DNA of 64,000 nucleotides from Candidatus Anderseniibacteriota bacterium (lineage in GTDB: Bacteria; Patescibacteriota; JAUYIX01). This document shows, one piece after another, positions 1 to 8,534 of the stretch. Both the position numbers and the translations under genes were made by a program. The DNA lies in NCBI GenBank assembly GCA_046350855.1, contig JAXLZM010000004.1, forward strand, positions 10,491-74,490, written 5' to 3'. The stretch's first letter is position 1, and every line of letters starts with the position of its first letter. The notes below the pieces were generated by a model. It searched no databases. It saw nothing but the letters and a program-made list of their open reading frames with translations, and was not told where the DNA came from.

Positions 1-155
1 ACCATTTCTTCTCCGATGCCAAACACGAGCAGTTTTTCGCCTTTTTGTACCTTGAGCGCCTCGCGCGCCTCTTGCGGAATCACCAACTGGCCTTTTTCGC
101 CAATCGTGGTCGTGCCGTAAAACTTTTTATTGTGATGGCTAAAACGTCCATGCAT
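1..155 (-). CDS. AbrB/SpoVT/MazE-family swapped-hairpin DNA-binding protein. Its 3' end is truncated by the window edge.
   Basis: The minus-strand translation begins MHGRFSHHNKKFYGTTTIGEKGQLVIPQEAREALKVQKGEKLLVFGIGEEM. The G-x-T-x-I-x-x-KGQ-LVIP-x-E-x-R motif is typical of the AbrB/MazE looped-hinge fold. The ATG lies at 155..153. Confidence 0.55.
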   Translation of the reverse strand, partial: MHGRFSHHNKKFYGTTTIGEKGQLVIPQEAREALKVQKGEKLLVFGIGEEM

Positions 156-223
156 AGTACGCGCAGACTAGCATGGTTCATACAAATCCTACAAGTAGGA
201 TTTACACAGGATGCATACTTTTT

Positions 224-299
224 TGGTGGGGCGTGACAGAATCGAACTGTCGACCCTCTGCTTAAAAGGCAGGTGCTCTACCGACTGAGCTAACGCCCC
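224..299 (-). tRNA. tRNA-Lys (anticodon TTT)
   Basis: A 76-nt cloverleaf read on the minus strand: GGGGCGT acceptor stem, D-arm GCTCAGTCGGTAGAGC, anticodon loop CTTTTAA, T-arm GACAG-TTCGATT-CTGTC, and an encoded 3' ACGCCCC-A-CCA. Confidence 0.85.
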
Positions 300-355
300 A
301 AACTGCGAGAGCCTATCCTATTTGAGCTCTCGATGCAATCCTAGCGGCTAATCGG

Positions 356-904
356 CTACTCGTCGAGTTCTCGCGGGGTGCGCTGCCGTTTGGGGCTGCG
401 TCCAAAAATGATCATGGCGATGATGGGCGCGACCACCCAAAAAAAGCGGGCTACATCACCCACAAAAAACTTGCGGGTAAGCTGGGCGAGTTCGGCCGAG
501 AGCTCGATCGGCAAAAACGAGAGGGTCACCGAGATCAGCAAACCGATGTGCAAAAAACTAAAGACCAGGACCTGGATCAGTCCCCCGTCCTCGTTACCCT
601 TAGCGATGGTACGCATGAGGGCCGAGCGACCGAGCAAAAAGAACAGCCCCAAAAACGTAATGACAAAGGTCGAAATCTTGACCACAAAAATCTGATCCAG
701 CCCAATCGTACCCGAGAATTTGTCCAAAAAGGGCGCATAATTGACCACCGCCAAGGCCATGTAAATCGAGACCAGGATCACTACGATGCGGTCACGGCCC
801 AGCGACATACCATAGATAAAGGCCGCCGCCACAAAAAAGAGGATGATGAACAAGTCCCAGCTCGGGTTCGAGAGATCGAAGTCTTTAATAAAACTTAGGT
901 CCAT
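356..904 (-). CDS. Hypothetical integral membrane protein with four to five predicted TM helices.
   Basis: The ORF track gives 356..1078. The hydrophobic protein begins at the internal Met (MDLSFIKDFDLSNPSWDLFIILFFVAAAF...), whose ATG is at 904. The upstream 58 residues are not protein-like. Confidence 0.5.
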   Translation of the reverse strand: MDLSFIKDFDLSNPSWDLFIILFFVAAAFIYGMSLGRDRIVVILVSIYMALAVVNYAPFLDKFSGTIGLDQIFVVKISTFVITFLGLFFLLGRSALMRTIAKGNEDGGLIQVLVFSFLHIGLLISVTLSFLPIELSAELAQLTRKFFVGDVARFFWVVAPIIAMIIFGRSPKRQRTPRELDE

Positions 905-999
905 GGGAAGTAAATTCTTGTAGCCTTTAGTATGCAAGTAACTTGACCACCTGGCAAGTAGGAGGCTAGGGTAGGCAAAATCGAATCGGGAGGCGACAA

Positions 1000-1389
1000 A
1001 TGCTCCTTTGCAGGGATATAGCGATGCAGGTCCGCAACGTGCGGCCAGGAGACGGGACGTCTCGGCTGTTCCAGACAACTCTTGAAGTACCGGTTTTCCG
1101 CTCCCTTACCATCAATACCGGGTATGCCAAGTTCGTAATCGAGAGGGCGCACAAGGATGAACGGCGGAAACTGTCGGATGCCGAGTTCACCGAGTGGCTC
1201 GAGCAGCGAGACACTCTCCCGTTTTGGATACGGGTTACGGGTAGAGTTCTGGAAGTCTTTGGGCAGATACACACAAACCACCCAGAGGTGGTGGCCGAAC
1301 ACTCGTACAGGGCGCAGGACCTGCTCAGAAGCTGGGACTTTCGTTTCACCGTCCAAGAGGGGCCGGTCGTACTGCTTGGCCTCGAGTGA
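1000..1389 (+). CDS. Hypothetical protein (129 aa).
   Basis: An ATG at 1000 is preceded by GGGAGG 7 nt upstream. The TGA stop at 1387-1389 is followed directly by a stem-loop and T-run terminator. It competes with a minus-strand TTG-start ORF at 895..1392. Several AGG, ATA and AGA codons lower confidence. Confidence 0.35.
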   Translation: MLLCRDIAMQVRNVRPGDGTSRLFQTTLEVPVFRSLTINTGYAKFVIERAHKDERRKLSDAEFTEWLEQRDTLPFWIRVTGRVLEVFGQIHTNHPEVVAEHSYRAQDLLRSWDFRFTVQEGPVVLLGLE

Positions 1390-1397
1390 CAACCGCA

Positions 1398-1430
1398 GGG
1401 CAGTACAAGCTACTGCCCTTCTTTTTTATT
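1398..1430 (+). terminator. Rho-independent terminator
   Basis: GGGCAGTA-caagc-TACTGCCC is an 8-bp stem with a 5-nt loop, followed by TTCTTTTTTATTT. It sits immediately after the stop of the 1000..1389 ORF and overlaps the 3' end of convergent dnaJ. Confidence 0.6.
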
Positions 1431-2553
1431 TACTGAACAATCGGCGACGTTTGCGGCTGACTTTTTTGCCGCGCACGTTTGCCAGCTGCTCGAGGAGCGT
1501 GCGCTCCTCACGGCTCACTCGACGGGGTGTAACCTGACCGATTTCGACAAACAGATCACCCCGACCATTGCCGTTAAGGACAGGAATGCCCTCACCGCGC
1601 AAACGCAGCACACTACCCGGTTCGGTTCCGGCTGGGACGCTTAGTTGCAGTTCGCCCTGGAGTCCAGCGATTTCAACCTCGTCACCGAGCACCAATTGCG
1701 GATACTCAAGCTCCACGCGTGTACGCACATCCACACCGTCTCGCACAAACGTTTTAGAGGGCTTGATCCGGATAGTGAGGAGCAGATCACCCGCGGGTGT
1801 GCCACGTCGACCAACCTCTCCTTGCCCACTCAAGCGGATAATTTGTTGGTCATTGATACCGGCCGGAACCTCGACGGTCAGCCGCTCCGTGGCACGGCGT
1901 CGGCCCTGTCCACTACACTCCATACAGGGTGTACTTGGAACTTTACCATCGCCCTGACAGGTGGCACACAATTTTTCTTGGGCGATCGTGCCCAAAATCG
2001 TTTGTCGCACTTCGCGCACACGGCCCAAACCATTACAGGTCAAACATTTTTTGAGGGTTTTATTTTTGTCACCCGTACCTGCACAGGCTGCACAAGCAGT
2101 AAGGCGGGTAAGCTCGAGTTCTTTGGTTCCGCCAAAAGCGGCTTCGTTAAAGTCAAGCGTTAACCGCAGCTCGATATCCTCACCCCGTTGGCGCGTGCGC
2201 GCACGGGAGCGACGGCCAAAGCCAAAGAGGTCACCAAAAATATCACCGAGATCTTCGGCATTAAAATTGGCGCCGCCTTGGCCAAAGCCCGCCCCAAACG
2301 GAAAGCCGCCAAACCCAGCACCGGCTCCCCCACCTCCCGCACCCTCAAAGGTCTGACCAAACTGATCGTACTGCGCGCGCTTATCCTTATTAGACAAAAC
2401 CTGGTAGGCCTCATTGGCCTCTTTAAATTTTTGTTCGTCCCCGCCCTGCTTGTCCGGGTGATACTTGTGCGCCGCACGCCGAAAAGCGCGCTTGATCTCC
2501 TCGTCAGTCGCGCTTTTTTCAACCCCTAATGTCTGGTAGTAATCGGCGGCCAT
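1426..2553 (-). CDS. dnaJ: Molecular chaperone DnaJ (Hsp40)
   Basis: N-terminal J-domain (YYQTLGV...HPDK), a Gly/Phe-rich linker, and four CxxCxGxG zinc-finger repeats (CAACAGTG, CLTCNG, CATCQG, CMECSG). Confidence 0.95.
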   Translation of the reverse strand: MAADYYQTLGVEKSATDEEIKRAFRRAAHKYHPDKQGGDEQKFKEANEAYQVLSNKDKRAQYDQFGQTFEGAGGGGAGAGFGGFPFGAGFGQGGANFNAEDLGDIFGDLFGFGRRSRARTRQRGEDIELRLTLDFNEAAFGGTKELELTRLTACAACAGTGDKNKTLKKCLTCNGLGRVREVRQTILGTIAQEKLCATCQGDGKVPSTPCMECSGQGRRRATERLTVEVPAGINDQQIIRLSGQGEVGRRGTPAGDLLLTIRIKPSKTFVRDGVDVRTRVELEYPQLVLGDEVEIAGLQGELQLSVPAGTEPGSVLRLRGEGIPVLNGNGRGDLFVEIGQVTPRRVSREERTLLEQLANVRGKKVSRKRRRLFSK

Positions 2554-2594
2554 CGGTCCATTGGCTGGGTGAACCTACTGGTCCACCCACCAAC

Positions 2595-4502
2595 CTACTT
2601 TTTCTTAAAGTTTCCTTCTACCGTGTTACCTTTGGCAGAACCAGCGGATTGACCAGCGCCTGCGTTGGCTTTTGCATCTGCCTTAGGCTGTGCCGCTTGC
2701 GCCTTTTGGTACATGGCCGCTCCGACCTTTTGGATAGTGGTCTCGAGATCTTTCATGGCTGCATCAAGCTTGGCCTTGTCGTCGGTGTCTTTGACCTTTT
2801 TGAGTTCAGCCACTTTTGCCTCGACATCCTTTTTGGTCGCAGCGTCGATTTTGTCACCCGCATCTTTGAGGGTTTTCTCGGTCATGTTGATGAGAGAATC
2901 AGCCTTAATCTTGGTCTCGACCATCTCTTTGCGCGTCTTGTCCTCAGAGGCGTGTTTTTCGGCATCTTGCTGCATACGCGCAACCTCTTCTTTAGAGAGA
3001 CCCGAGCTGGCCGTGATCGTAATTTTTTGCTCCTTGCCGGTCGCCTTGTCTTTGGCGCTCACGTTGAGAATACCGTTGGCGTCGATGTCAAACTTAACCT
3101 CGATCTGCGGCACACCGCGTGGCGCTGGCGGCAGTCCATCCAGGATGAACTTCCCGAGCGTTTTACAGTCGGCGGCAAATTCACGTTCACCCTGCAGGAC
3201 ATGGATCTCAACTTGGGGCTGGTTATCAGCCGCGGTCGAAAACACTTGCGTCTTGCTAGTCGGAATGGTCGTGTTTTTGGTGATCAGCTTGGTTGCGATC
3301 CCGCCAAGCGTCTCGATACCGAGCGAGAGCGGCGTGACATCAAGCAGTAACACATCCTTAACGTCACCTTGCAGGATTCCCCCTTGGACAGCGGCACCCA
3401 CGGCAACGACCTCATCGGGGTTGATGCCTTTGTGTGGCTTTTTGCCAAAGTAATCCTCAACAAGCTTTTGCACGGCCGGCATACGGGTTTGGCCTCCGAC
3501 TAACACGACCTCGTCAATTTCTTTGGGCGAGAGTTTGGCGTCGGCAAGGGCTTGCTCAAGCGGACCCTTAGTGCGGTCGATCAAATCGGCAACTAACTTC
3601 TCAAGCGTCGCCCGGCTCATCTTGAGCGCTAAGTGCTTAGGACCGCTCGAGCCAGTCGTGATGTACGGCTGGTTGATCTCGGTCTCCAGTGAGCTCGACA
3701 ACTCGTGCTTGGCTTTTTCGGCACTCTCCTTGAGACGCTGAATCGCCAATTGGTCCTGCGACAAATCGATACCTTCTACCTTTTTAAACTCAGCCACGAT
3801 CCAATCGATGATGGCTTGGTCAAAATCATCACCACCTAAGTGCGTGTCACCGTTGGTGGCTTTAACCTCGACCGTGTCATCCCCTACCTCGAGCACCGAG
3901 ACGTCGAACGTCCCACCACCCAAGTCGTAGACCACGATTTTTTCGTTCTTCTTTTTGTTCAACCCATAGGCAAGCGCGGCCGCGGTTGGCTCGTTGATGA
4001 TGCGCTTTACATCCAAACCCGCGATCTTACCGGCATCTTTTGTCGCCTGGCGCTGCGAGTCGTCAAAATATGCCGGAACTGTAATAACCGCCTCGGTAAC
4101 CTGACCGCCCAGTTGTTCCTCCGCGTCATGCTTGAGTTTTTGCAAAACCATCGCGCTAATCTCCTGTGGCGAGTACTCTTTGCCACTCATCACGACCGCA
4201 ACTCCGCCGTTGGCCGCCTCTTTAATTTTGTACGGCAGCAATTTGGCATCTTTTTGCACTAACGGATCGCTAAAACGGCGTCCGATAAAACGTTTGACCG
4301 AGTAGATCGTGTTGACCGCGTTAGTGACGGCTTGGCGTTTGGCCAAAAGGCCTACCAGCCGCTCGCTATCGGATTTAGTCGCCACGACCGAAGGCGTGGT
4401 GCGATTACCTTCTTTGTTCTCGAGCACGCGCGGCTGGCCGCCTTCGATGATGGCCATCGCTGAGTTAGTCGTACCGAGATCTATTCCTAAAATTTTTGAC
4501 AT
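2595..4502 (-). CDS. dnaK: Molecular chaperone DnaK (Hsp70)
   Basis: [22 protein letters not shown]..., [13 protein letters not shown] and other Hsp70 signature motifs. 635 aa. Confidence 0.97.
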   Translation of the reverse strand: MSKILGIDLGTTNSAMAIIEGGQPRVLENKEGNRTTPSVVATKSDSERLVGLLAKRQAVTNAVNTIYSVKRFIGRRFSDPLVQKDAKLLPYKIKEAANGGVAVVMSGKEYSPQEISAMVLQKLKHDAEEQLGGQVTEAVITVPAYFDDSQRQATKDAGKIAGLDVKRIINEPTAAALAYGLNKKKNEKIVVYDLGGGTFDVSVLEVGDDTVEVKATNGDTHLGGDDFDQAIIDWIVAEFKKVEGIDLSQDQLAIQRLKESAEKAKHELSSSLETEINQPYITTGSSGPKHLALKMSRATLEKLVADLIDRTKGPLEQALADAKLSPKEIDEVVLVGGQTRMPAVQKLVEDYFGKKPHKGINPDEVVAVGAAVQGGILQGDVKDVLLLDVTPLSLGIETLGGIATKLITKNTTIPTSKTQVFSTAADNQPQVEIHVLQGEREFAADCKTLGKFILDGLPPAPRGVPQIEVKFDIDANGILNVSAKDKATGKEQKITITASSGLSKEEVARMQQDAEKHASEDKTRKEMVETKIKADSLINMTEKTLKDAGDKIDAATKKDVEAKVAELKKVKDTDDKAKLDAAMKDLETTIQKVGAAMYQKAQAAQPKADAKANAGAGQSAGSAKGNTVEGNFKKK

Positions 4503-4529
4503 GGTTGTTGACTTAAGTGGTTGAACTAA

Positions 4530-5066
4530 TTAACGAGTTGGAGCTCCGTTACCGACGCTCACGCGTGAGGCTCTAAGCGTCACTTCCCCGAGCTTAAAAC
4601 CTCGCGCGTGTTCGGCGATGATTATATTTTTGGGACCAGGCACACTGGCGATTGCCTCATGTAAGGCCGGATCAAAGGCTGTACCAACCGACTCGATCTC
4701 ACTCACGCCGTGGCTAGCTAGGACCTCCAACAACTGCTTAGCAACCAGCTCGACACCAACATAGAGTTCCTTACTCTCTGCGTTTTTTTTGGCAGAACCG
4801 GCGTGCTTGAGCACTTGCTCCAGAGTATCGAGTACCGGCAAGATGCCCCGCACCACCTCTTGCACCGCGGCCAGCAAAATCTGACCACGTTGTTCTTGCG
4901 TGCGCTTACGCAAATTGTCGTAGTCGGCTTGGGCGCGCTTCCACCCGGCCAGATATTCCTCTGCCTGGGCTTGCATTTTTGCGATAGCGGGCGTCGGCTC
5001 AGCCATACGAGGAGCACTGGCGGGCTGGGAAGTCGCCGTTTGAGTTTTTAGGTTACGTTTGTTCAT
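4530..5066 (-). CDS. grpE: Nucleotide exchange factor GrpE
   Basis: The [23 protein letters not shown] coiled-coil and the C-terminal beta domain are typical of GrpE. It lies between hrcA and dnaK. Confidence 0.9.
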   Translation of the reverse strand: MNKRNLKTQTATSQPASAPRMAEPTPAIAKMQAQAEEYLAGWKRAQADYDNLRKRTQEQRGQILLAAVQEVVRGILPVLDTLEQVLKHAGSAKKNAESKELYVGVELVAKQLLEVLASHGVSEIESVGTAFDPALHEAIASVPGPKNIIIAEHARGFKLGEVTLRASRVSVGNGAPTR

Positions 5067-5902
5067 GCCAGTCCGTGTAATCCTTTAACGAGCAGCATAC
5101 TTGGTAGAACCAACGCTACCGCAACCGCCCAGTGATTTTTGGAGAGCAGTCGACTCATATAGGAGAGTAGGGCCACGTTGCGGTCGTAGGCCATGCGCTG
5201 GGGCCCGAGCACCACGAGGTGTCCGCGCTTGCCGTCGACTTCAAAACTCGAGACCAAAACCGAGAGGGGCACACGTCCTTGGGCCGTGTCGTGTCCGATA
5301 AAGACCCGCACGGGCGCACCACCTTGCACGGTCACCTCGGTAAATTTAGCTTTGTCATTTTTAGAGATCGACTGCAACACCGATTCCGGATTATCAAAGA
5401 TGCGGGCGACCGCTTGAGCTAGTTGTTCGTCTTTAAGCTCGGGCAGTTTGATCAAGTGGGACAAACCCGAGGGGGCGGGGTTTTCGGCATCGCCCGCAGC
5501 GTCCTCACTCATCGAACTAATCGCGGCTTGCTCGGTCATCTCAGCCAAGAGTCGCGCTGTCTCGCGGGCCATCGCCTCATAGTGATGCCGCATCCGGACC
5601 AACCGCCGCTGCACCTCGGCCCGATGCCGCTTAGGCGGGAGCAAACCAGCCGTGGGCACGCTCGCCAAGCTCTGCACATAGGTGCGATAGCCCAAATCGG
5701 TCGGCACGCGGCCGGCTGAGGTGTGGGGCTGTTGGAGCAAGCCGGCTTGCTCGAGCAAATTCATCTCGGAACGCACGGTCGCTGGTGAGACACCAAAGTC
5801 ATACTGCTCGGCGAGCTCTTTAGAGCCTACCGGTTCGGCCGAGCGGATATGCTCGGTAATGACGGCCTTGAGAATAGTGGTTTGGCGGTCGGATAGTTGC
5901 AT
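5063..5902 (-). CDS. hrcA: Heat-inducible transcription repressor HrcA
   Basis: N-terminal winged-helix region ([48 protein letters not shown]). It is the first gene of the operon and a CIRCE element lies directly upstream. Its stop overlaps the grpE start. Confidence 0.8.
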   Translation of the reverse strand: MQLSDRQTTILKAVITEHIRSAEPVGSKELAEQYDFGVSPATVRSEMNLLEQAGLLQQPHTSAGRVPTDLGYRTYVQSLASVPTAGLLPPKRHRAEVQRRLVRMRHHYEAMARETARLLAEMTEQAAISSMSEDAAGDAENPAPSGLSHLIKLPELKDEQLAQAVARIFDNPESVLQSISKNDKAKFTEVTVQGGAPVRVFIGHDTAQGRVPLSVLVSSFEVDGKRGHLVVLGPQRMAYDRNVALLSYMSRLLSKNHWAVAVALVLPSMLLVKGLHGLA

Positions 5903-5905
5903 CTG

Positions 5906-5932
5906 CTAGCACTCTACTATGGTGAGTGCCAA
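5906..5932. promoter_or_regulatory. CIRCE operator, the HrcA-binding inverted repeat
   Basis: cTAGCACTC-tactatggt-GAGTGCcAA matches the consensus TTAGCACTC-N9-GAGTGCTAA with a 9-nt spacer. It is 4 nt upstream of the hrcA start codon. Confidence 0.85.
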
Positions 5933-5933
5933 T

Positions 5934-5963
5934 AGTCTAGCGGCCTAGCTCTCCCCTCGTCAA
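5934..5963 (-). promoter_or_regulatory. Candidate sigma-70-like promoter of the hrcA-grpE-dnaK-dnaJ operon
   Basis: On the minus strand, TTGACG, an 18-nt spacer, then TAGACT. CIRCE starts 2 nt downstream of the -10 hexamer, which is the usual arrangement. Confidence 0.4.
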
Positions 5964-6007
5964 GATGCTACCGTAGGTCTTACTTAATTATTTCACTTTT
6001 CAATTGT

Positions 6008-6562
6008 ATGCAGAACACTAAACGCATCGGCAGCCTCGTAGCGGTCGTTTTAGCGACTGGTACGTTGGCCGGATGCACCTTTGGCAATCGCGGCCTGTAC
6101 GGCATGCGCGATACCACCCCCAATGGCACCATCAACTACAACACCGAGAACGGCACGGGGTCGATTAATTTTAGCGAGAACGGACTCAACATTACCGGTG
6201 AGAACGGTAACTCAACCGTCAACTTTGGTAGCCAAAAACTGCCCGACAATTGGCCGTCAGATTTGCCAACCCCCAATGGCACGCTCGGTTTTTCGGGTTC
6301 GACCAAGGGCGAGGACGGTTCTACCAGCTTTAGCGCGGTTTACACCATCAGCGGCTCAGCCTCGGACGCGGTTAACGACATGAAGTCAAAATTCCAAGCC
6401 GCCGGCTGGACCGTCTCGGGTGAGTACAACGCCAACTATAATGGCGCGGCCAACGCCGGCTTTAGCGCTGAGAAAGGCCAAAACACCGCCACCGTTTTTA
6501 TCGGTGCGGATAGTACCAACGCAAGCCAAATCAGCGTCACGATCGCGGGCGAGTACAAGTAG
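6008..6562 (+). CDS. Hypothetical lipoprotein with internal Asn/Gly-rich repeats
   Basis: Signal peptide with a lipobox (LVAVVLATGTLAGC). Repeated ENGT..N(F/Y) motifs follow. Confidence 0.65.
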   Translation: MQNTKRIGSLVAVVLATGTLAGCTFGNRGLYGMRDTTPNGTINYNTENGTGSINFSENGLNITGENGNSTVNFGSQKLPDNWPSDLPTPNGTLGFSGSTKGEDGSTSFSAVYTISGSASDAVNDMKSKFQAAGWTVSGEYNANYNGAANAGFSAEKGQNTATVFIGADSTNASQISVTIAGEYK

Positions 6563-6591
6563 GGTTGAACCCACGGCGCAAGCCGTGAGCG

Positions 6592-6918
6592 TTAGCTCCG
6601 GAGGTTGACCTGGGGAAAAGCGGTTAAGATGAGTGCCAGCAGCACGACCGCAATCGCCCCTAAGACGATCCCAAAGAGTGAACCGAAAAGCACACCATAG
6701 CCGGTGTGCTTTTCACCTTTTTGGACCAGCCAAACACCGATCACACTGGCAAAGAGCACGAGCGTCGTCAGCAGGGCTTGGGTCTGCCAGTCAAACATAA
6801 AGCGCTTACCAAACAAGACATAGACCAGGGCAGCTACGATCATGGCTGCGGCACTAATCGAGAACGCCAGAATGAACCGTCGACTAGCCTCTTTGGGGCT
6901 GATCGTGGCGTGCGCCAT
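6592..6918 (-). CDS. Small integral membrane protein with three TM helices
   Basis: Hydrophobic 108-aa ORF lying immediately downstream of the FecR/PKD gene. Confidence 0.45.
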   Translation of the reverse strand: MAHATISPKEASRRFILAFSISAAAMIVAALVYVLFGKRFMFDWQTQALLTTLVLFASVIGVWLVQKGEKHTGYGVLFGSLFGIVLGAIAVVLLALILTAFPQVNLRS

Positions 6919-8513
6919 TAGGGCGTGACGGTCAGGCTGATGCTGGACGAAGCACTCGCTCCCCCGCGATCGGTCACCGTCACTTTGACGGTATAGGTTT
7001 TATTGCTGGAGGTGACCGAGTAGGTGTGGCTGACACTCTTACCGGTGGTCGAGATACCATCCCCAAACTCCCAGGTGTAGGTCAGAACGTCATCATCAGG
7101 GTCCTCACCTTGTGCCGCAAAGTTGACGGCTGTTCCGCCTTTGACACTAAACCCATCTGCAGGGCTTGAGATACTGACGGTCGGCGCTTGATTGGGGTCA
7201 CCTTTGACCGTCGCACTCTGATCTTGCGAACAGGCCTCCTGACCATCTTGGTCGACTACGCAGACGTTATAGGTGTAGGAGTCGCCAGCCGAGACGTTTT
7301 GGTCACGGTACTCGGTCGAACTTTTGTCACTAAAGCGCTTGAGAACTTGCTCATCGCGCTTGAGAACATACTCGGCAAAATCCTCAGCGTCACTCTCATC
7401 CCAACTGACTTTGACCACACCGGTCTCCTCAGTACTGAGTGAGACACCTACCGCGTCGGGCTTACCGGATTTACGGATGATCGTGAGAGTCTTAGTGGTC
7501 TCGTTGCCGGAGGGATCGGTAGCCACGACCGTAATTTTATTTTCGCCCTCGGTGAGATCAACTTTTTTGGAGAACTCACCTTTGTCCGTCTCAACCTCAT
7601 CATCATTAATTGTGACCGTAGCGGAGAGATCGGTGACACCCTTGACTTCGATTTGTTCGTTCTCGGTCTCGTCTTTATCACTGGGATCGGTGATGCGCAG
7701 AGTTGGTCCTTGCGCATCTTCACTCCCCTCCACCGAGGCGGTAAAGAGTTCGTCCTGCTCGCTGTTCCAGCGGTACCAGAGACTCTCTCTAAACGAATCT
7801 GGAATTTCTTTGGTCTCAAAGTCGTCCTCGGTCTCGGGCGGGGTACTGGCGTGAACGGTCGTTTGTTGATCTTCTTTAAGAAATAGTTTACCGGCGTCGC
7901 TCGACTCAGAACCATCGCTCGCCCCGCTCAGAGCCGTCACCACACTGGTGTCCTTGATGGCTGCGACGGTTGACTCGCGCTCGTCGGCACTGACATCAAA
8001 ACTAGTACTCTGGGCCTCGACTCGTGCAGCGGTCGTGATAATCCCGGTTGCAGGAGCACTGGATCCCACTACCGTAGCCCACGCCTCTCCGCCATTGAGC
8101 GTGGTCATAAATTTGTCAGGGCTGAGCTCGCTTACCTCGAGACGTGAGTCTTCGTTAAGCCGTACCACGCTGCCAGAGCTGAGTTCCAAACTGGCCAGAG
8201 TCTCGGAGTCGGTTCGGAGAGCTGTACCTTGCTCGATCGTCATGCCATTTGTGGCGTCGCTAAAATCCTGCTCACCACTCTTTTTAACCTGGATGTTGCC
8301 CTCCTCGATGGAGAGTTTGAGTTGGGGAGAACCACTAGCTTGCGGCGTAGCGCTGTTGCGTCCACCCAAAACAAAGAGCAACATGATCACAACCAGGAGC
8401 GCTGCCCCGGCGATGGAGCCCCACAGGAGCAGTCGTTTTTTACGGAGGGTGCGCTTGTCGCCGCTCACTAACGGCTCGCGGTTCACCCGGACACGATATT
8501 TTTGGTCTAACAT
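6918..8513 (-). CDS. Membrane-anchored surface protein with a FecR-like domain, Ig/Fn3-like domains and a C-terminal PKD domain
   Basis: N-terminal TM segment (LLLWGSIAGAALLVVIMLLFVLGG). The VRLNEDSRLEV...GEAW segment is FecR-like. The C-terminus reads ...TYTWEFGDGISTTGKSVSHTYS...YTVKVTVTD, a PKD motif. Confidence 0.6.
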   Translation of the reverse strand: MLDQKYRVRVNREPLVSGDKRTLRKKRLLLWGSIAGAALLVVIMLLFVLGGRNSATPQASGSPQLKLSIEEGNIQVKKSGEQDFSDATNGMTIEQGTALRTDSETLASLELSSGSVVRLNEDSRLEVSELSPDKFMTTLNGGEAWATVVGSSAPATGIITTAARVEAQSTSFDVSADERESTVAAIKDTSVVTALSGASDGSESSDAGKLFLKEDQQTTVHASTPPETEDDFETKEIPDSFRESLWYRWNSEQDELFTASVEGSEDAQGPTLRITDPSDKDETENEQIEVKGVTDLSATVTINDDEVETDKGEFSKKVDLTEGENKITVVATDPSGNETTKTLTIIRKSGKPDAVGVSLSTEETGVVKVSWDESDAEDFAEYVLKRDEQVLKRFSDKSSTEYRDQNVSAGDSYTYNVCVVDQDGQEACSQDQSATVKGDPNQAPTVSISSPADGFSVKGGTAVNFAAQGEDPDDDVLTYTWEFGDGISTTGKSVSHTYSVTSSNKTYTVKVTVTDRGGASASSSISLTVTP

Positions 8514-8534
8514 ATGGCGCTCAGTGTACCAAAC

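Noticed and set aside
356-1078. Upstream extensions of track ORFs (356..1078, 8535..10547, 16237..16728, 39078..40169, 60110..61303, 38342..39283, 28263..28889)
   Set aside because: In each case the N-terminal part is not protein-like or overlaps a neighbouring gene. An internal Met with a better context begins the recognisable protein, whether that is a signal peptide, the domain start, an ATGA coupling or an SD. The starts were trimmed accordingly.
895-1392. Minus-strand 165-aa ORF overlapping the plus-strand 1000..1389 ORF
   Set aside because: It needs a TTG start without an SD, and it begins inside the terminator hairpin. The plus-strand alternative has ATG, a GGGAGG SD and a terminator right after its stop. 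Neither has a recognisable domain, so the plus call is itself low-confidence.
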